NCBI GenBank assembly: GCA_964016885.1
Contig: OZ024757.1
Location: forward strand, 7,688,001 to 7,752,000
From: Eledone cirrhosa
Lineage: Eukaryota
Length of the DNA stretch: 64,000 nt
Reading direction: 5' to 3'
A program made the translations under genes and the position numbers. This document shows, in pieces, positions 37,314 to 64,000 of the stretch; the first letter of the stretch is position 1, and every line of letters starts with the position of its first letter. Below the pieces are notes generated by a model. The model was not told the origin of the DNA and searched no databases. It saw only the letters and a program-made list of their open reading frames with translations.

Positions 37314-39330
37314 CTTAACATCTCCGGAGGATGGTAAGTGAGATGCGCCTATTGTGGTGAATAGGGAGGTAGCCCTAGGGCCAAGAACACCAGAAGTCTC
37401 ACCTGCCAAAGGCACGACCACGAACCTATCGGAGAGCGACCGGTACTTGGAGAGTTTGGCCTCCTCAGCCCGACGTGCAGCAGTACCTGGGTTAGTGACT
37501 GGAGAAAGTATCGCTGCAAGTGGCATCTCAGACGAGGGGTTTGCCACCGCGAAACGGGAAGATAGTCATTCAATCTGGCCTTTTGCCATCCCCTCAGCTC
37601 CATCGGTTCGAGCTTGGGAGGAGTAGCCTGCATCGTCCAAGCCATGCTTTATGAACTCGTTGACGACAGCATGGCGTGGAAGGCGGCCGGCACTGTGGCG
37701 ACAGGAAAGCGGATGGAGGCCGAAAGAGTCTACGGTGGATGTACAGCAACATTTATGTGGCTCGCAGATTCGGAGTCCAAGCCTCAAGGAAACGCCGATG
37801 CGCAGGCTATCGTTATCCAGCTGCGTGCCAGTTGAGAAGGAGGACAGGGAAAGGAGCCAGGCACCTCGTGCGAAAACAAGCAAGGCGGTTCTGGTCGAGC
37901 TGGCGCGTGAGCCTGTCTGAGGCCAGATTGCACTGGATGGCATCTCATATGATTTGGGGGGACTTGATGGAGCGCTGCGAAGAGTGTAGAGGAGCTTCGG
38001 CATGGCGAAGCAGTTCCTCAACGGGAAGAGAGCTGGGTGGCTGTCGATCAAGCCCAGTCGACTCGTGAGGGTCTGGAGTTGTTGGAGCCTAGACCTGGTG
38101 GTGGATAGGATGGCCGGTGGGTGAATCGGTGACCCGAGAATGAGGACATCCTCTTTGGGGGGTCACCTGTACCTGGTGGAGAATGGAGAGGGTGGCTGCA
38201 AAGCTCTCAGCATCATGGGTGACATCACCAACTCCGACTTGGACAAGTTGACCTGGAGGCCGATTCGCGCCAGGGAGGAACCACCGATTGAAGGTCATGG
38301 CAGACAGTCTCCACGGGCCCGCCCAGCATAGCATCATCCAGGAACCAAATGTTGAGAGGGGCCGTGATACTCCGAGCAATGTGGTCTATACCAAGGGCAA
38401 ACAGGAGGGGGCCCAAAGGGTCGCCCTGTTGGACCCCAGTGGCCGAAGGTATGACCGTATCAGCAGCAAGGAGCATCCTCAGGGTGCTTGAGTCGCAGGG
38501 CAGCCAGGACCTCTTTTGTGGGATGGAGGACAGTGTCCTCTGAGGAAACCACTCTGACTGCAGCCGAGCCATCACCCATGATAAATGTAGCGTTTACGCT
38601 CTCACGCAAACGCTTGACGCTGGCCTCGGGGGTGGAGGATTGGAGTCACCCAAGAGCAGGGGTTGTGGAGTCCTTTGGCACGTTTGAATGGGCGCTTGCC
38701 CAAAGGACGAAACATTGGCCTTGACAAAGGCAGCTGTCGACAGGCCGCCTCGGTCAGCGCCAGAGCTGAGGAGACCGAGGGTGAGTGGGGCGAAATAGAA
38801 GATGCGCTCCCAGTCCCTGGCTCTATTGGAGTCTAGAGCACTCTCGATCGAGGAAGCGAGGGCATCGGCTACCGACACTCAAGCCGCTCTCGGATGTTCA
38901 CCAGCGAGGCTTGGACATCAGACAAGCTCGCTGTCTCATCTGGTGGAGTACCAGACGTCCGTGGCTGGGCAGACGAAGGGAAGAGACAGATTCTGCATCT
39001 CCACGCTGCGAGGGCACTGTAAGCTCGACGCGTCAAGCCAACACAGGTGAGGTGGTGGAAGCAGTCGCACCCCGAACAGTTCCGGCCCCTCTTCCGTTTG
39101 TTCGTGGTGCTGCAAGTACTGCAGATGTCGACTGTTGGGGATGGAGGATGGGGCATGGAGCCGGGGACTGGGACACCAAGCGGCATCAGGGGTGAGTGGC
39201 TGCACATGGGTAGAAGGGAAAGTGTTGGTATGACTGAGACCTCATAGCTCACCTACACCAGATATGGAGGCGAAGGAAGACAAGATGAAAGAGAAGGCGG
39301 TGAAAATAATTTGGAAGAAAACTACATAAG
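37314..39330 (-). mobile_element. CRE-clade non-LTR retrotransposon remnant with an N-terminal PHD finger
   Basis: C4HC3 finger CSTC...CSGCDCFHHLTC...WRCRIC. RT GVQQGDPLGPLLFAL and WFLDD. Zinc motif CCCT...HPLSC, and RLE region RHAVVNE...AEEAKLSKY...VPLAGETSGVLG. Internally deleted and frameshifted. Confidence 0.78.
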
Positions 39331-39340
39331 ATTTTTTTCT

Positions 39341-39549
39341 CCAGCACCATCACCACCACCACCTCCACCATCACCACCACCACCACCACCACCAGCACCA
39401 CCAGCACCACCACAACCATCACCACCAGCACCACCACCACCAGCACCACCACCACCAGCACCACCACCACCAGCACCACCACCACCAGCACCACCACCAC
39501 CAGCACCACCACCACCAGCACCACCACAACCATCACCACCACCACCATC

Positions 39550-39580
<31 letters not shown>

Positions 39581-39997
39581 CCACCACCAGCAGCACCACC
39601 ACCACCACAACCATCACCACCACAACCATCACCAGCACCACCACCACCAGCACCAGCGCCACCACCACCACCAGCACCACCACCCCCAACACCACCACCT
39701 CCAACACCACCACCATTACCACCACCACCATTACCACCACCACCAGCACCACCACCTCCAACACCACCACCATTACCACCACCACCACCACCACCACCAT
39801 TACCACCACCACCAGCACCACCACCTCCAACACCACCACCATTACCACCACCACCACCACAACCATCACCAGCAAAACCATCACCAGCACCACCACCACC
39901 ATCACCACCACCACCACAACCATCACCAGCACAACCAGCACCAGCACCACCACCCCCAACACCACCACCATCACCAGCACCACCACCACCACCATCA
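39341..39997. repeat. Imperfect (CCA)n microsatellite
   Basis: ~650 bp of CCA/GCA/TCA triplets. Confidence 0.95.
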
Positions 39998-40056
39998 TTC
40001 GAATCCAGGACGTTAAATTATTTGAATGTATTTTCACGGATTTCTCGATTTGCTAT

Positions 40057-40084
40057 ATGACGTCATTTGCTATTATGACGTCAT
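40057..40084. promoter_or_regulatory. Two tandem perfect CRE/ATF palindromes (ATGACGTCAT x2)
   Basis: TGACGTCA at 40058-40065 and 40076-40083, about 570 bp upstream of the putative host-gene ATG. Confidence 0.35.
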
Positions 40085-40087
40085 GTG

Positions 40088-40161
<74 letters not shown>

Positions 40162-40183
40162 GAGGCAAATATATATATATATC

Positions 40184-40216
<33 letters not shown>

Positions 40217-40384
40217 CTATCTGTATGTATGGGTGTGTTTATGCATGTATACATGTATGTGCATGTATATATATATATAAATGTGAGTGTGTGTATATAT
40301 ATATGTGTGTATGTATGTATGTGTGTATGTATATATGTGTGTATGTATGTATTTGTGTATGTATATATATATATGTATGTATAC
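40085..40384. repeat. Compound (TA)n/(CA)n/(TG)n/(TATG)n microsatellite
   Basis: Direct inspection. Other long (TA)n tracts at 30540-30639, 31526-31557, 34226-34305 and in each unit of the tandem array. Confidence 0.95.
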
Positions 40385-40645
40385 CTATAGATTCATACTA
40401 AAATCAATATTTTCCGCCATTAGTGAAATATTTTCTCGAAAGTGTACAAGTGTATTTTGTATTTTATACAAATTATTCTTCTGTATAACAATCCAGAAAT
40501 TTATTACTGCTGATAATTGATCTACATTGTCTGATTGTTTGTTTGATTGATTGAGTGTTTGATAACTGATCTCATTTGTTTTTGTGTTTATCTGTTTGTT
40601 TGTTTTGTTTTTATCTTTTTGTTTCTTTATTAATTTTTTTTGATA

Positions 40646-40871
40646 ATGTCGGAGCCAAAAAAGCGCCGCGGCTTTCTCCGAAGATGTGCTGAAAGGGCCC
40701 GACGGCTTGCTGAGTCCGTCTGCCCGTGCTATCGTGACAAACGTCGCCGACGACGACAAAAGAAGCAGGAACAATATAATATAACACCTATCGATCCTGC
40801 ACCTCAGACTGTGGAGTTTCCAACAGCCACAGCGAATGTTAATGAATCGCACACAATCGATATGCAGCCTG
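40646..40871 (+). CDS. Putative first coding exon of an uncharacterised repeat-protein gene (MSEPKKRRGFLRRCAERARRLAESVCPCYRDKRRRRRQKK...DMQP)
   Basis: GC-rich open frame in AT-rich surroundings, ATG in ataATG context, ends G|GTAAGT. Its 226 nt give phase 1, matching all downstream mini-exons. Confidence 0.65.
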
Positions 40872-40884
40872 GTAAGTTATAATT

Positions 40885-41090
40885 CTTTCTACACAAAGCC
40901 AGCAATTTGAAGGGAAAGTCGATTAAATCTACCCTAGTGTATTACTAGTAGTTTATGTTATTGACCCCGTACATGTTACTGGCAAAGCTAATCTCGGTAA
41001 GTTTTGAACTCAGAACGTAAAATGCTGTAACTATATGCCACAAAGCATGCTGTCCGACACTCTACCAATACTGCCAATCCATCGCCCTTA
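40885..41090 (-). mobile_element. SINE, same family as 5921-6202
   Basis: The reverse complement reads ggcgatggattggcagtattggtagagtgtcggac...ttctgagttcaaaacttaccgag...ggggtcaataa...aaattgctggctttgtg. Confidence 0.7.
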
Positions 41091-41984
41091 AAGTACGTTA
41101 TAATAAACCCAGTTTGTTAAATTGTAAATAACACACTAGGATATAATTTTATTTCTCCAAAATATAAGTACACAACTTCTAAACAACTTGTCTGTTTTAC
41201 GCCGCCCCACAGAACAGAAGACTAGCAATATTAGCTGTATAAGCCAATGTATCTCTCCGGACTTATTTCTCAGGCATGATACCCTTCCTCTCAACGGAGG
41301 GAAATGCTAGTCGCAGAAGTGCGAAGAGATTGTAAAAAAAATCTTGTTAATTTATCCATTTTCTGTTCCTCTTCTGCCTTGTGAGTGGCTGTATTTTGAT
41401 CATTGGCTGAAGTGACAATTTTAGCGCTGGAGTATGTCACAAAACATGGAATCATTTCCCTCGTTGAATGATAAAAGGAGTTACACCTCCGCGACACTAA
41501 GTATCACCGTGGTTAAGACCAACCAGTTCCAGTTATGCCTAAAAAACAGCAAAATTGTCACTCTTTAAATAACATCATTCAATGTGATGTGGTGAGGGAA
41601 ACGTCCCACATAGTGAAAAAAGAAGGGGATGAAGTTTGAACTCAAGGACAGTAACTCTATATCAGTGCTTATGTGGCCCACACTTGAATAAATAATATAA
41701 TCTCCCCTTTACTTTTTCTCCCTCTTTCAACACACATATATATATATACGATATTTTTTGTCGGATCGCCAGTAAGAAGAGCAGATCGATAATGGAGTCG
41801 GATCCATAACTTCTATGGGTTACCCTGAGCCAATCCGCTACGAAACGCGCGTAGCAGGTTGATACACAATACAAAAACTAAATACATGCCACGAATCTTC
41901 ATCGTTTTTATTAATATATATATATATATGGAACTTGTCCCATGTATAGGAGCAATTTTGGAACAGAATAGAAAGGATTAGGAA

Positions 41985-42510
41985 TAAGTAATGTTCGTCA
42001 ATACAATCCCTAGAGGCGAACTGGCTTACAGATTTAGAAGGGCCCTAGATAAGCTCAAATCAAATATTAAGGTAGTTGAAAGACCAGGTATTCCATAAAA
42101 ACCCTAATTAGCAAAACACACCCATTTCAAAGAACCCCCTGTGCTGATAGGAAATGCAAAGTCTGCAAGCTAAGCCCGCAAACCAACTGCAACAATTAGG
42201 AACGTAGTATATAGCATAAGATGTACTGACGGACAGTGTAGGAATAAGAATATAACATACATAGGTGAAACACTCCGTAGCATAGGAGCAAGTGAATACT
42301 GGCGAGAACTCCAGGATGGGAAAAACTCATCAGTACTCCACCAACATGCCAAAATAGAACATTGGGGCACATTAGAGAACAGAGATTAAAAATGATATGC
42401 ACGCACAGAAAAGATGCAATGCTCAGGCAAATCACAGGGGCGACGAATATAAACGAACTCCACCCAAAATTAAACAGAAAACATGAGTGGAATAGCAACA
42501 TCACAACTAG
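41985..42510 (+). mobile_element. Penelope-like element 3' fragment (GIY-YIG endonuclease), frameshifted
   Basis: Manual translation gives IKVVERPG, PF...PCADRKCKVC, RNVVYSIRCTDGQC...TYIGETLRSIG, SVLHQHAKIEH, LRQIT...LNRKHEW. Confidence 0.75.
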
Positions 42511-42647
42511 TAATTAAGGACAAAATGAAGACATAAAGACACACACAAAAAAACAAACTAACAAAACAAACACACACAGATAGAACAAACAACCAACTAG
42601 TGACAAATAAATAAACATAAATAATAAATAAACACACACACACACAA

Positions 42648-42691
<44 letters not shown>

Positions 42692-44105
42692 ACACGGATG
42701 TATTGCATACGCAAACTGAGCACACAACACACAACATACAAAAACAAGATGGTGTAGGATAGAACAAAGGAGAGACACAAAAAATTTAACAAGTTTGAAG
42801 TCAATCGGAGTAGAAATGTGGAGTTGTATAGACTTTGCAAAAATGAGGACATACAGACAACATCAGTTTTATATATATAGATAATTGTCTACATGTGCTG
42901 ACTACAATATATATTGTTCAATCATATGCAATACTTAATTATTTATCACACTTCATCAGTAAGCCTATAATGGTGGAAGTGAGTATTCACTATTGTTAGA
43001 ATTCAGCAATGGGATTTTCGTTTAAGAAAGTATAAATAAGTCAAAATGACAATAAAAATAGAATACATCTAGCCAAGCTTTATAACTGGCACTCTTTTGG
43101 ACACGAAAAGAAGAAGAATACAGAGTTGTGTGTCTAAGACAGGTAGTCTGTGGTTTGGGCAGTGTATGTTGATACTCTAGTGGATGGAGTTGGGTATTTA
43201 TTTGCTGAATGATTTCCATACCGTTTATTTCTAGTCCCTTGATGATTTCTTTAGCGGCATGTCTATACTACTATACAAATAATCTCTACATAATGGGAGT
43301 ACATATTTAGGGGTAAATAGTTATTGGCTACTCTTTCTTTATGTGCCCTTTCCAACAATATAATAAGGAGATTGGCTAAATCACGGGTGATGCTGACCGA
43401 TGTTAGCCCCTCAATATTGTTCTTATACTGACAATTTTCCTTGTCTGATCATGGTTTTCGGGGGGTCTTTATAGCTCAGGTCCACGCGCTCCATCTTGTT
43501 TGTCATTGGAATAATGGGTGGTGGTCTGCTACATCACAAACTGGTGGGACAGAGACAGCAAAACATAATAATTGTGTAGATATTCTTTGTCACAAATGAG
43601 TCTAGGGAGGATTCACTGGACCCTGATTGACACTCAGGGCATTCTACATCACTCACGGGGACCATAACCTCACAGTTTTCCACAGTAACAGCAACGTCAA
43701 TAGATGGGTGAAGGAATAGTACATACATACTAAATATCACACAACTTGTCAGGTCACAGGTGAAAGTTGCATTCAGTGGTTCTGTTGATGAGGTCGGGAG
43801 TTCGTTACTTAACTAGTAATAAACCCAGCAATTGCTCAAGTTACGGAGTTTGTATATCTCTGTCACAAACTATCATCAAACAGCAATGGAATGGTTGCTG
43901 CGCAGTCTGCAACAGGCGGAGTTTAGCGTCACAAGCAGAATATTCAATTAGTATATATGATTTCATTGCAAACATAACTCTCCCGAACTATATCAATATT
44001 TGTTTCAATACCCGAATTCAAATCAACAGACTTGAAAGCTGATTGCAATTATACAAACAAGCCTCAATTTTATAGCCATGTCAGTATAATGAACCCTTCA
44101 TTCTT

Positions 44106-44205
44106 GCTCTTGTGTTGGCATGTGAACAGAACTGCAGACACTAATGTTTCTAGGTATCACCCTTCATCAGTACAGCCTACTGTTCACCTGCCAAACTGTC
44201 AGAGC
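44106..44205 (-). ncRNA. Type I hammerhead ribozyme candidate
   Basis: The minus strand reads UUGGCA G GUGAACAG UAGG CUGUA CUGAUGA AGGGUGAUACCUA GAAAC AUUAGU GUC UGCAG UU CUGUUCAC A UGCCAA. This gives intact core boxes, a GUC triplet and a long stem I. Confidence 0.7.
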
Positions 44206-44244
44206 TAGTGAAAATATATGCTATTTTCAAAAATACACAGTGAC

Positions 44245-44343
44245 TGATCGGCCTGATTTGCATATTAGCAGACTGGTTGATCAGTCAAATCTGCATATTA
44301 GCAGATCCACTGATTAGCCAGATTTGCTTATCAGCAGACTGGT
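44245..44343. repeat. 33-bp minisatellite x3 with an internal hairpin
   Basis: tgatcggcctgatttgcatattagcagactggt / tgatcagtcaaatctgcatattagcagatccac / tgattagccagatttgcttatcagcagactggt. Confidence 0.75.
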
Positions 44344-44368
44344 TTAATATTCTCAATATATTTTCCAG

Positions 44369-44430
44369 GTGACCGTTCCACTGTATTCTCTTCTCAGTGC
44401 ACCAATAATGCCTAAAATACTTTTAAAACG
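44369..44430 (+). pseudogene. Degenerate A-type exon
   Basis: ttttccag acceptor, with downstream sequence homologous to that after the A exons, but an in-frame TAA and no GTAAGT donor. Confidence 0.4.
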
Positions 44431-44939
44431 TCTAATTTAAACATTATATATTAAGTTATTCAGTAATTTATTTAAGTTTTGAACCGTAAATTTCAAACAA
44501 CTTAATTCAGGCAAGAATAACACATTTTTATATTAAAAACTCCCTATCATAATCCAGGATAAATATTTTATTGACCTCTATAATTAGGGACGTTCAAAGG
44601 GGGGTAAAAGAAAGGGTTACTTATTATTTTCATCCTTACATATTCCAGTTAAGACTGCTGTAGAGAAATAGTATATCTGTTCTTCCGGACCAGTAGGAAA
44701 CTGTACAATATTTGTGTCATAATAGCAGACACCTCACATATGACTAGCCACACTTTACTCCTTTCGGAAGTTTTACATGTGTGGAATAAGAAAGAATGAC
44801 ATTGACAGAACAAACCAAAGAAATGGTTCGAATTGATTAAAAAAACAACTTATTCTACCATTTCCTCAAATTAACAACAAACTCTTCACAAAAAAACCTT
44901 CTAGTTTTCCTATTAATTTCTTCCGTATTTTTTTTCCAG

Positions 44940-45005
44940 TTATGTCTCCTGTAGAGAACCTTGTCTCTCAGCCAGACAAACTAACAGATACTGTCTCCAA
45001 AGAAC
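44940..45005 (+). CDS. 66-nt phase 1-1 exon, B type (MSPVENLVSQPDKLTDTVSKE)
   Basis: tttttccag| ... |GTAAGT, open frame. Confidence 0.7.
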
Positions 45006-45901
45006 GTAAGTTATATTTCAACCAAACTTTCTATTAGTCTGTACAGAAAACTATGACACGTGTTTCAACATTAATCTCAAATCGAGATTACATTATATAT
45101 TTGTAAACATGGAAGACTATATATTGTGTATGCTGGAACTGATGAATAAAATAGTGTGTATATATATATAAATGAAGTCATGCTGGTGTTTTGCGTATGT
45201 TAATGTATACATATATGTATATTGGGTTGTATATAACATTATCGAGTAACAGGTTGTGTGCGTTTGTCCATTGGCGGCTTTTGCAGTGTAGTTTGTGTAA
45301 TGATGTGTTTGAGTACTGTGTGTGCGTAAGTGAGTGTGATGTTCTGTGTGCACACACTGTATGCGTGTGTATGTAAGAATACATTTTAGTTATAACGGGG
45401 TGGATAAAATAAAGTTCCAGTAATCTACTGGGTAATTGCTGGCCTTGTGCCAAAATAAAAACAATTATTCCTATATATACATATAGGTTTACTATTATTT
45501 TCTTTATATTTGGCTCAAAAGAGAAGATGAATGTTGCACTAGATACATTGAGGTAGATGGAATTATCTCACAGATTCAGTGTTCTCATATTTAACAAAAT
45601 TTCCTCCGACACTTCTTCACTATTTCTGATCTACCTTCGTTGTTCATACTCCTCATACACGTATCCCCTAGATCTGACAATGCTCTAAATATTTGGTTAT
45701 ACCATCATATATATTTGTTCTTTAGGACCAGTGGGAATCCGTAATATTTGTATTACGATTCCAGACGCCCCAGATATAACTAAAGAGTTATAGCTAATTT
45801 AAAATACGATACGTTATTCTACCATTTCCTCAAATTGACAACAAACTCTTGCCAAGAAAACCTTGTAGCTTTCCTATTATTTGCTTCCGTATTTTTTCCA
45901 G

Positions 45902-45967
45902 TTATTTCCCCTGTAGAGAACTTAGTCTCTGCGCCAAGCATACCTACTAATGCTGTCTCCAAAGAAC
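45902..45967 (+). CDS. 66-nt phase 1-1 exon, B type (ISPVENLVSAPSIPTNAVSKE)
   Basis: tttttccag| ... |GTAAAT, open frame. Confidence 0.6.
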
Positions 45968-46460
45968 GTAAATTGTATTTCAAACACATTTTCTATTTGT
46001 CTGTACAGAAAACTATAACACGTTTTTTAACCTTAATATCAAATCGAGATTACATTATATATTTGTAAACATGGAAGACTATATATTGTGTATGCTGGAA
46101 CTGATGAATAAAATAGTGTGTATATATATATATAAATGAAGTCATGATGGTATTTTGCGTATGTTGCTGTATACATATATGTATATTGGTTTGTATATAA
46201 CATTATCGAGTAACTGTCTGTGTGCGTTTGTCCGTTGGTGGCTTTTGCAGTGTGTTTTGTGTAATGATGTGTTTGAGCACTGTGTGTGCGTGAGCGAGTG
46301 TGAGTTTCTGTGTGCACACTCCATATTCGTGTGTATGTAAACATACATTTTAGGCATAACAACTGTCATCATGATTAAAGAAAACTTGGTAGTAAATGTA
46401 TATTCACGAAGGTAAGACGCCGTGATCCTGAATGTTTTCATTTATATAAATACATATACA

Positions 46461-46492
<32 letters not shown>

Positions 46493-46602
46493 AATGGCAA
46501 GGACAGCGGGTGCATTGTACTTTTTGTGAACGGGCCTGGTGTATATATCAGTATATCAGAGATAATGAGTCTAATAACTGTTTCATGTATTTGTAATATT
46601 AT

Positions 46603-46780
46603 TTGGCAGTATTGGTAGAGAGTCGGACGCGATGCTTTGACGCATAGTGCTACGGCCCTTGCCATTCTGAGTTCAAATACCGCCGAGGTTAACTTTGCCT
46701 TTCATAACTACGGGGCCGATAAAAGAAAGTTCCAGTAATGTACTGGGTAATTGCTGGGCTTGTGCCAAATGTAAAAACAA
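46603..46780 (+). mobile_element. SINE in an intron (a 3' remnant also lies at ~45397-45460)
   Basis: tggcagtattggtagagagtcggacgcgatgctttg...gagttcaaataccgccgaggttaactttgcctttc...gctgggcttgtgccaaa. Confidence 0.75.
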
Positions 46781-46832
46781 TTATGTCTATATATACATAT
46801 AGGTTTACTATTATTTTCTTTATATTTTCTAG

Positions 46833-46892
46833 CTGACACATCTTATGTGTCTTCTCGAAGATCAACATCAAAAACCAAACGTTTTCACAATA
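46833..46892 (+). CDS. 60-nt phase 1-1 exon, A type (DTSYVSSRRSTSKTKRFHN)
   Basis: ttttctag| ... |GTAAGT, open frame. Confidence 0.68.
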
Positions 46893-47525
46893 GTAAGTTA
46901 TAATTTAAAGTTTATTTATTAATTATTCAGTAATTTGTTTATATTTTGAACTGTAAATTTGTAACTACCTAATTCAGTCATGAATATCACACTTTATATT
47001 ACAAACACACTAATATAATCAAGGATAAACATTTTATTCACTTCCATCATCAGAGATCTTACAATGTAGTCAAAAGTAAAGATACAACTTTTCAGCGCAT
47101 TTTCAGAGTTATCTAAGAAAGAATGACATTATATCTGGTTCAAAAGAAAAGGTGAATGTTGCACTAGATACATTGAGGTAGATGGAATTGTCAGACACAT
47201 CGGTGTTCTCATATTTAACAAAATTACCTCCCACACTTCTTCACTATTTCTTGTCCCCCTTCGTTGTTCATGCTCCTCATACACGTATCCAGTAGATCGG
47301 CATTGCTCTAAATATTTGGTTATACCATCATATATATTTGTTCTTTAGGACCAGTGGGAACCCGTAATATCTGTATTACGATTCCAGACGCCCCACATAT
47401 AACTAAAGAGTTATAGCTAATTTAAAATACGACACATTATTCTACCATTTCCTCAAATTGACAACAATCTCTTGCCAAGAAAACCTTGTAGCTTTCCTAA
47501 TATTTTCTTCCGTATTTTATTCCAG

Positions 47526-47591
47526 TTATTTCCCCTGTAGAGAAATTTGTCTCTGAGCCAAGCATACCTACTAATGCTGTCTCCAAAGAAT
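47526..47591 (+). pseudogene. B-type exon copy with a lost donor site
   Basis: Near copy of 45902-45967, but the donor reads GAAAAT instead of GTAAAT. Confidence 0.5.
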
Positions 47592-48069
47592 GAAAATTGT
47601 ATTTCAAACAAACTTTCTATTAGTCTGTACAGAAAACTATGACACGTGTTTCAACATTAATGTCAAATCGAGAATACATTATATATTTGTAAACATGGAA
47701 GTCTATATATTGTGTATGCTGGAACTGATGAATAAAAAAGTGTGTATATATATATAAGTGAAGTCATGCTAGTGTTTTGCGTATGTTGATGTATACACAT
47801 ATGTATATTGGGTTGTATATAACATTAACGAGTAACAGTTTGCGTGTGTTTGTCCGTTGGTTTGGTGGCTTTTTGAGTGTGTGAGCTATGTGTGTGCGTG
47901 TGTGACGGTGAGATTATGTGTACACACACTGTATGCGTGTGTATGTAAGAATAAATTTTAGTTGTAACGAATGTTATCATGATTAGAGAAAATTTGGTAG
48001 TAAATGTATATTTACGGAGATAAGACGCCGTGGTCCTGAATCGTGCATTTATAAAAATACTTGAATATG

Positions 48070-48122
<53 letters not shown>

Positions 48123-48332
48123 AGGACATGGTAACTTGGCTCTTTTTGTTCTTTAGGCCCAGTGGGAAACTACAATATTTGTCTCATAATACCAGACAGC
48201 CCATATATAACTAAATTGTTCTAGCTAATTTAAAATACAACACCTTATTCTACGTTTTCTTCAAATTGACAACAAACTCTTCCCAAGAAACCCTTCTAGC
48301 TTTCCTATTATTTTCTTTGTATTCTTTTCCAG

Positions 48333-48398
48333 TTGTGAGTCCTGTAGAGGACATTATCTCTGAGCCAGTCATAAAAAGAGACGCTGTCTCCAAAAAAG
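48333..48398 (+). CDS. 66-nt phase 1-1 exon, B type (VSPVEDIISEPVIKRDAVSKK)
   Basis: cttttccag| ... AAG|GTAAGA, open frame. Confidence 0.7.
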
Positions 48399-48832
48399 GT
48401 AAGATTTATTTCAAACACAATTTCTATTAGTCTGTACAGAGAACTATGACACGTGTTTCAACATTAATGTCAAATCGAGATTACATTATATATTTGTAAA
48501 CGTGAAAGTCTACATATTGTGTATGCTGGAACTGATGAATTAAAATAGTGTGTATATATATATAAGTGAAGTCATGCTAGTGTTTTGCGTATGTTGATCT
48601 GTACATATATGTATATTGGGTTGTATATAACATTAACGAGTAACAGTTTGTGTGTGTTTCTCCGTTGGTTTGGTGGCTTTTTGAGTGTGTCAACCATGTG
48701 TGTGCGTGTGTGACTGTGAGATTCTGTGTACACACACGGTATGCGTGTGTATGTAAGAATACATTTTAGTTATAACAATTAGAGAAAATTTGGTAATAAA
48801 TGTATATTTACGGAGCTAACACGCAGTGGTCC

Positions 48833-48916
<84 letters not shown>

Positions 48917-49049
48917 GTAAGGACATGGTAACTTGTTTCTTTTTGTGTTCGGACCTGGTGTATTTATCAGTATATCAGAGATAATGAATCTAATAACTGT
49001 TTTCTGTATTTGTAATATAAATTTGTATATATATACATACAGTTTTTCT

Positions 49050-64000
<14,951 letters not shown>

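Noticed and set aside
39249-40060. Poly-Pro (249 aa) and poly-Val (262 aa) ORFs suggesting an extensin or formin-like protein
   Set aside because: They are translations of a (CCA)n microsatellite. The + strand ORF has no ATG start and no clear donor site.
43534-43740. Cys-rich minus-strand ORF (CEVMVP...CPEC...CCLCP)
   Set aside because: Short, with no family I can identify. Probably a decayed transposon fragment.

Overview
Eukaryotic, AT-rich animal DNA. It is probably from an octopod cephalopod, inferred only from the SINE family seen. There are no prokaryotic genes or CRISPR arrays. Bases 1-39.3 kb are a nest of decayed retroelements packed into (TTA)n and (TA)n microsatellites. They comprise four L1/Tx1-type LINEs, four R4/Dong-type RLE LINEs (two families), one RTE LINE, one CRE-type LINE with a PHD finger, Penelope-like elements with hammerhead ribozyme motifs, and SINEs. 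From about 40.6 kb a probable + strand host gene begins, which the ORF track barely shows. It has a first coding exon at 40646-40871, followed by phase-1 mini-exons of 66 and 60 nt. These are amplified in a ~1.42-1.48 kb tandem array that runs off the end of the window. Each array unit adds the 42-aa repeat [17 protein letters not shown][A/S]EKIISPVENLVSQPGITIDTVSNE. Other points of interest are a near-canonical hammerhead in intron 1, a possible ~52-nt intron that would fuse Tx1 ORF1 in frame to ORF2, and a pseudoknot-rich 5' end on one R4/Dong element. All calls are by eye; no searches or folding programs were run.
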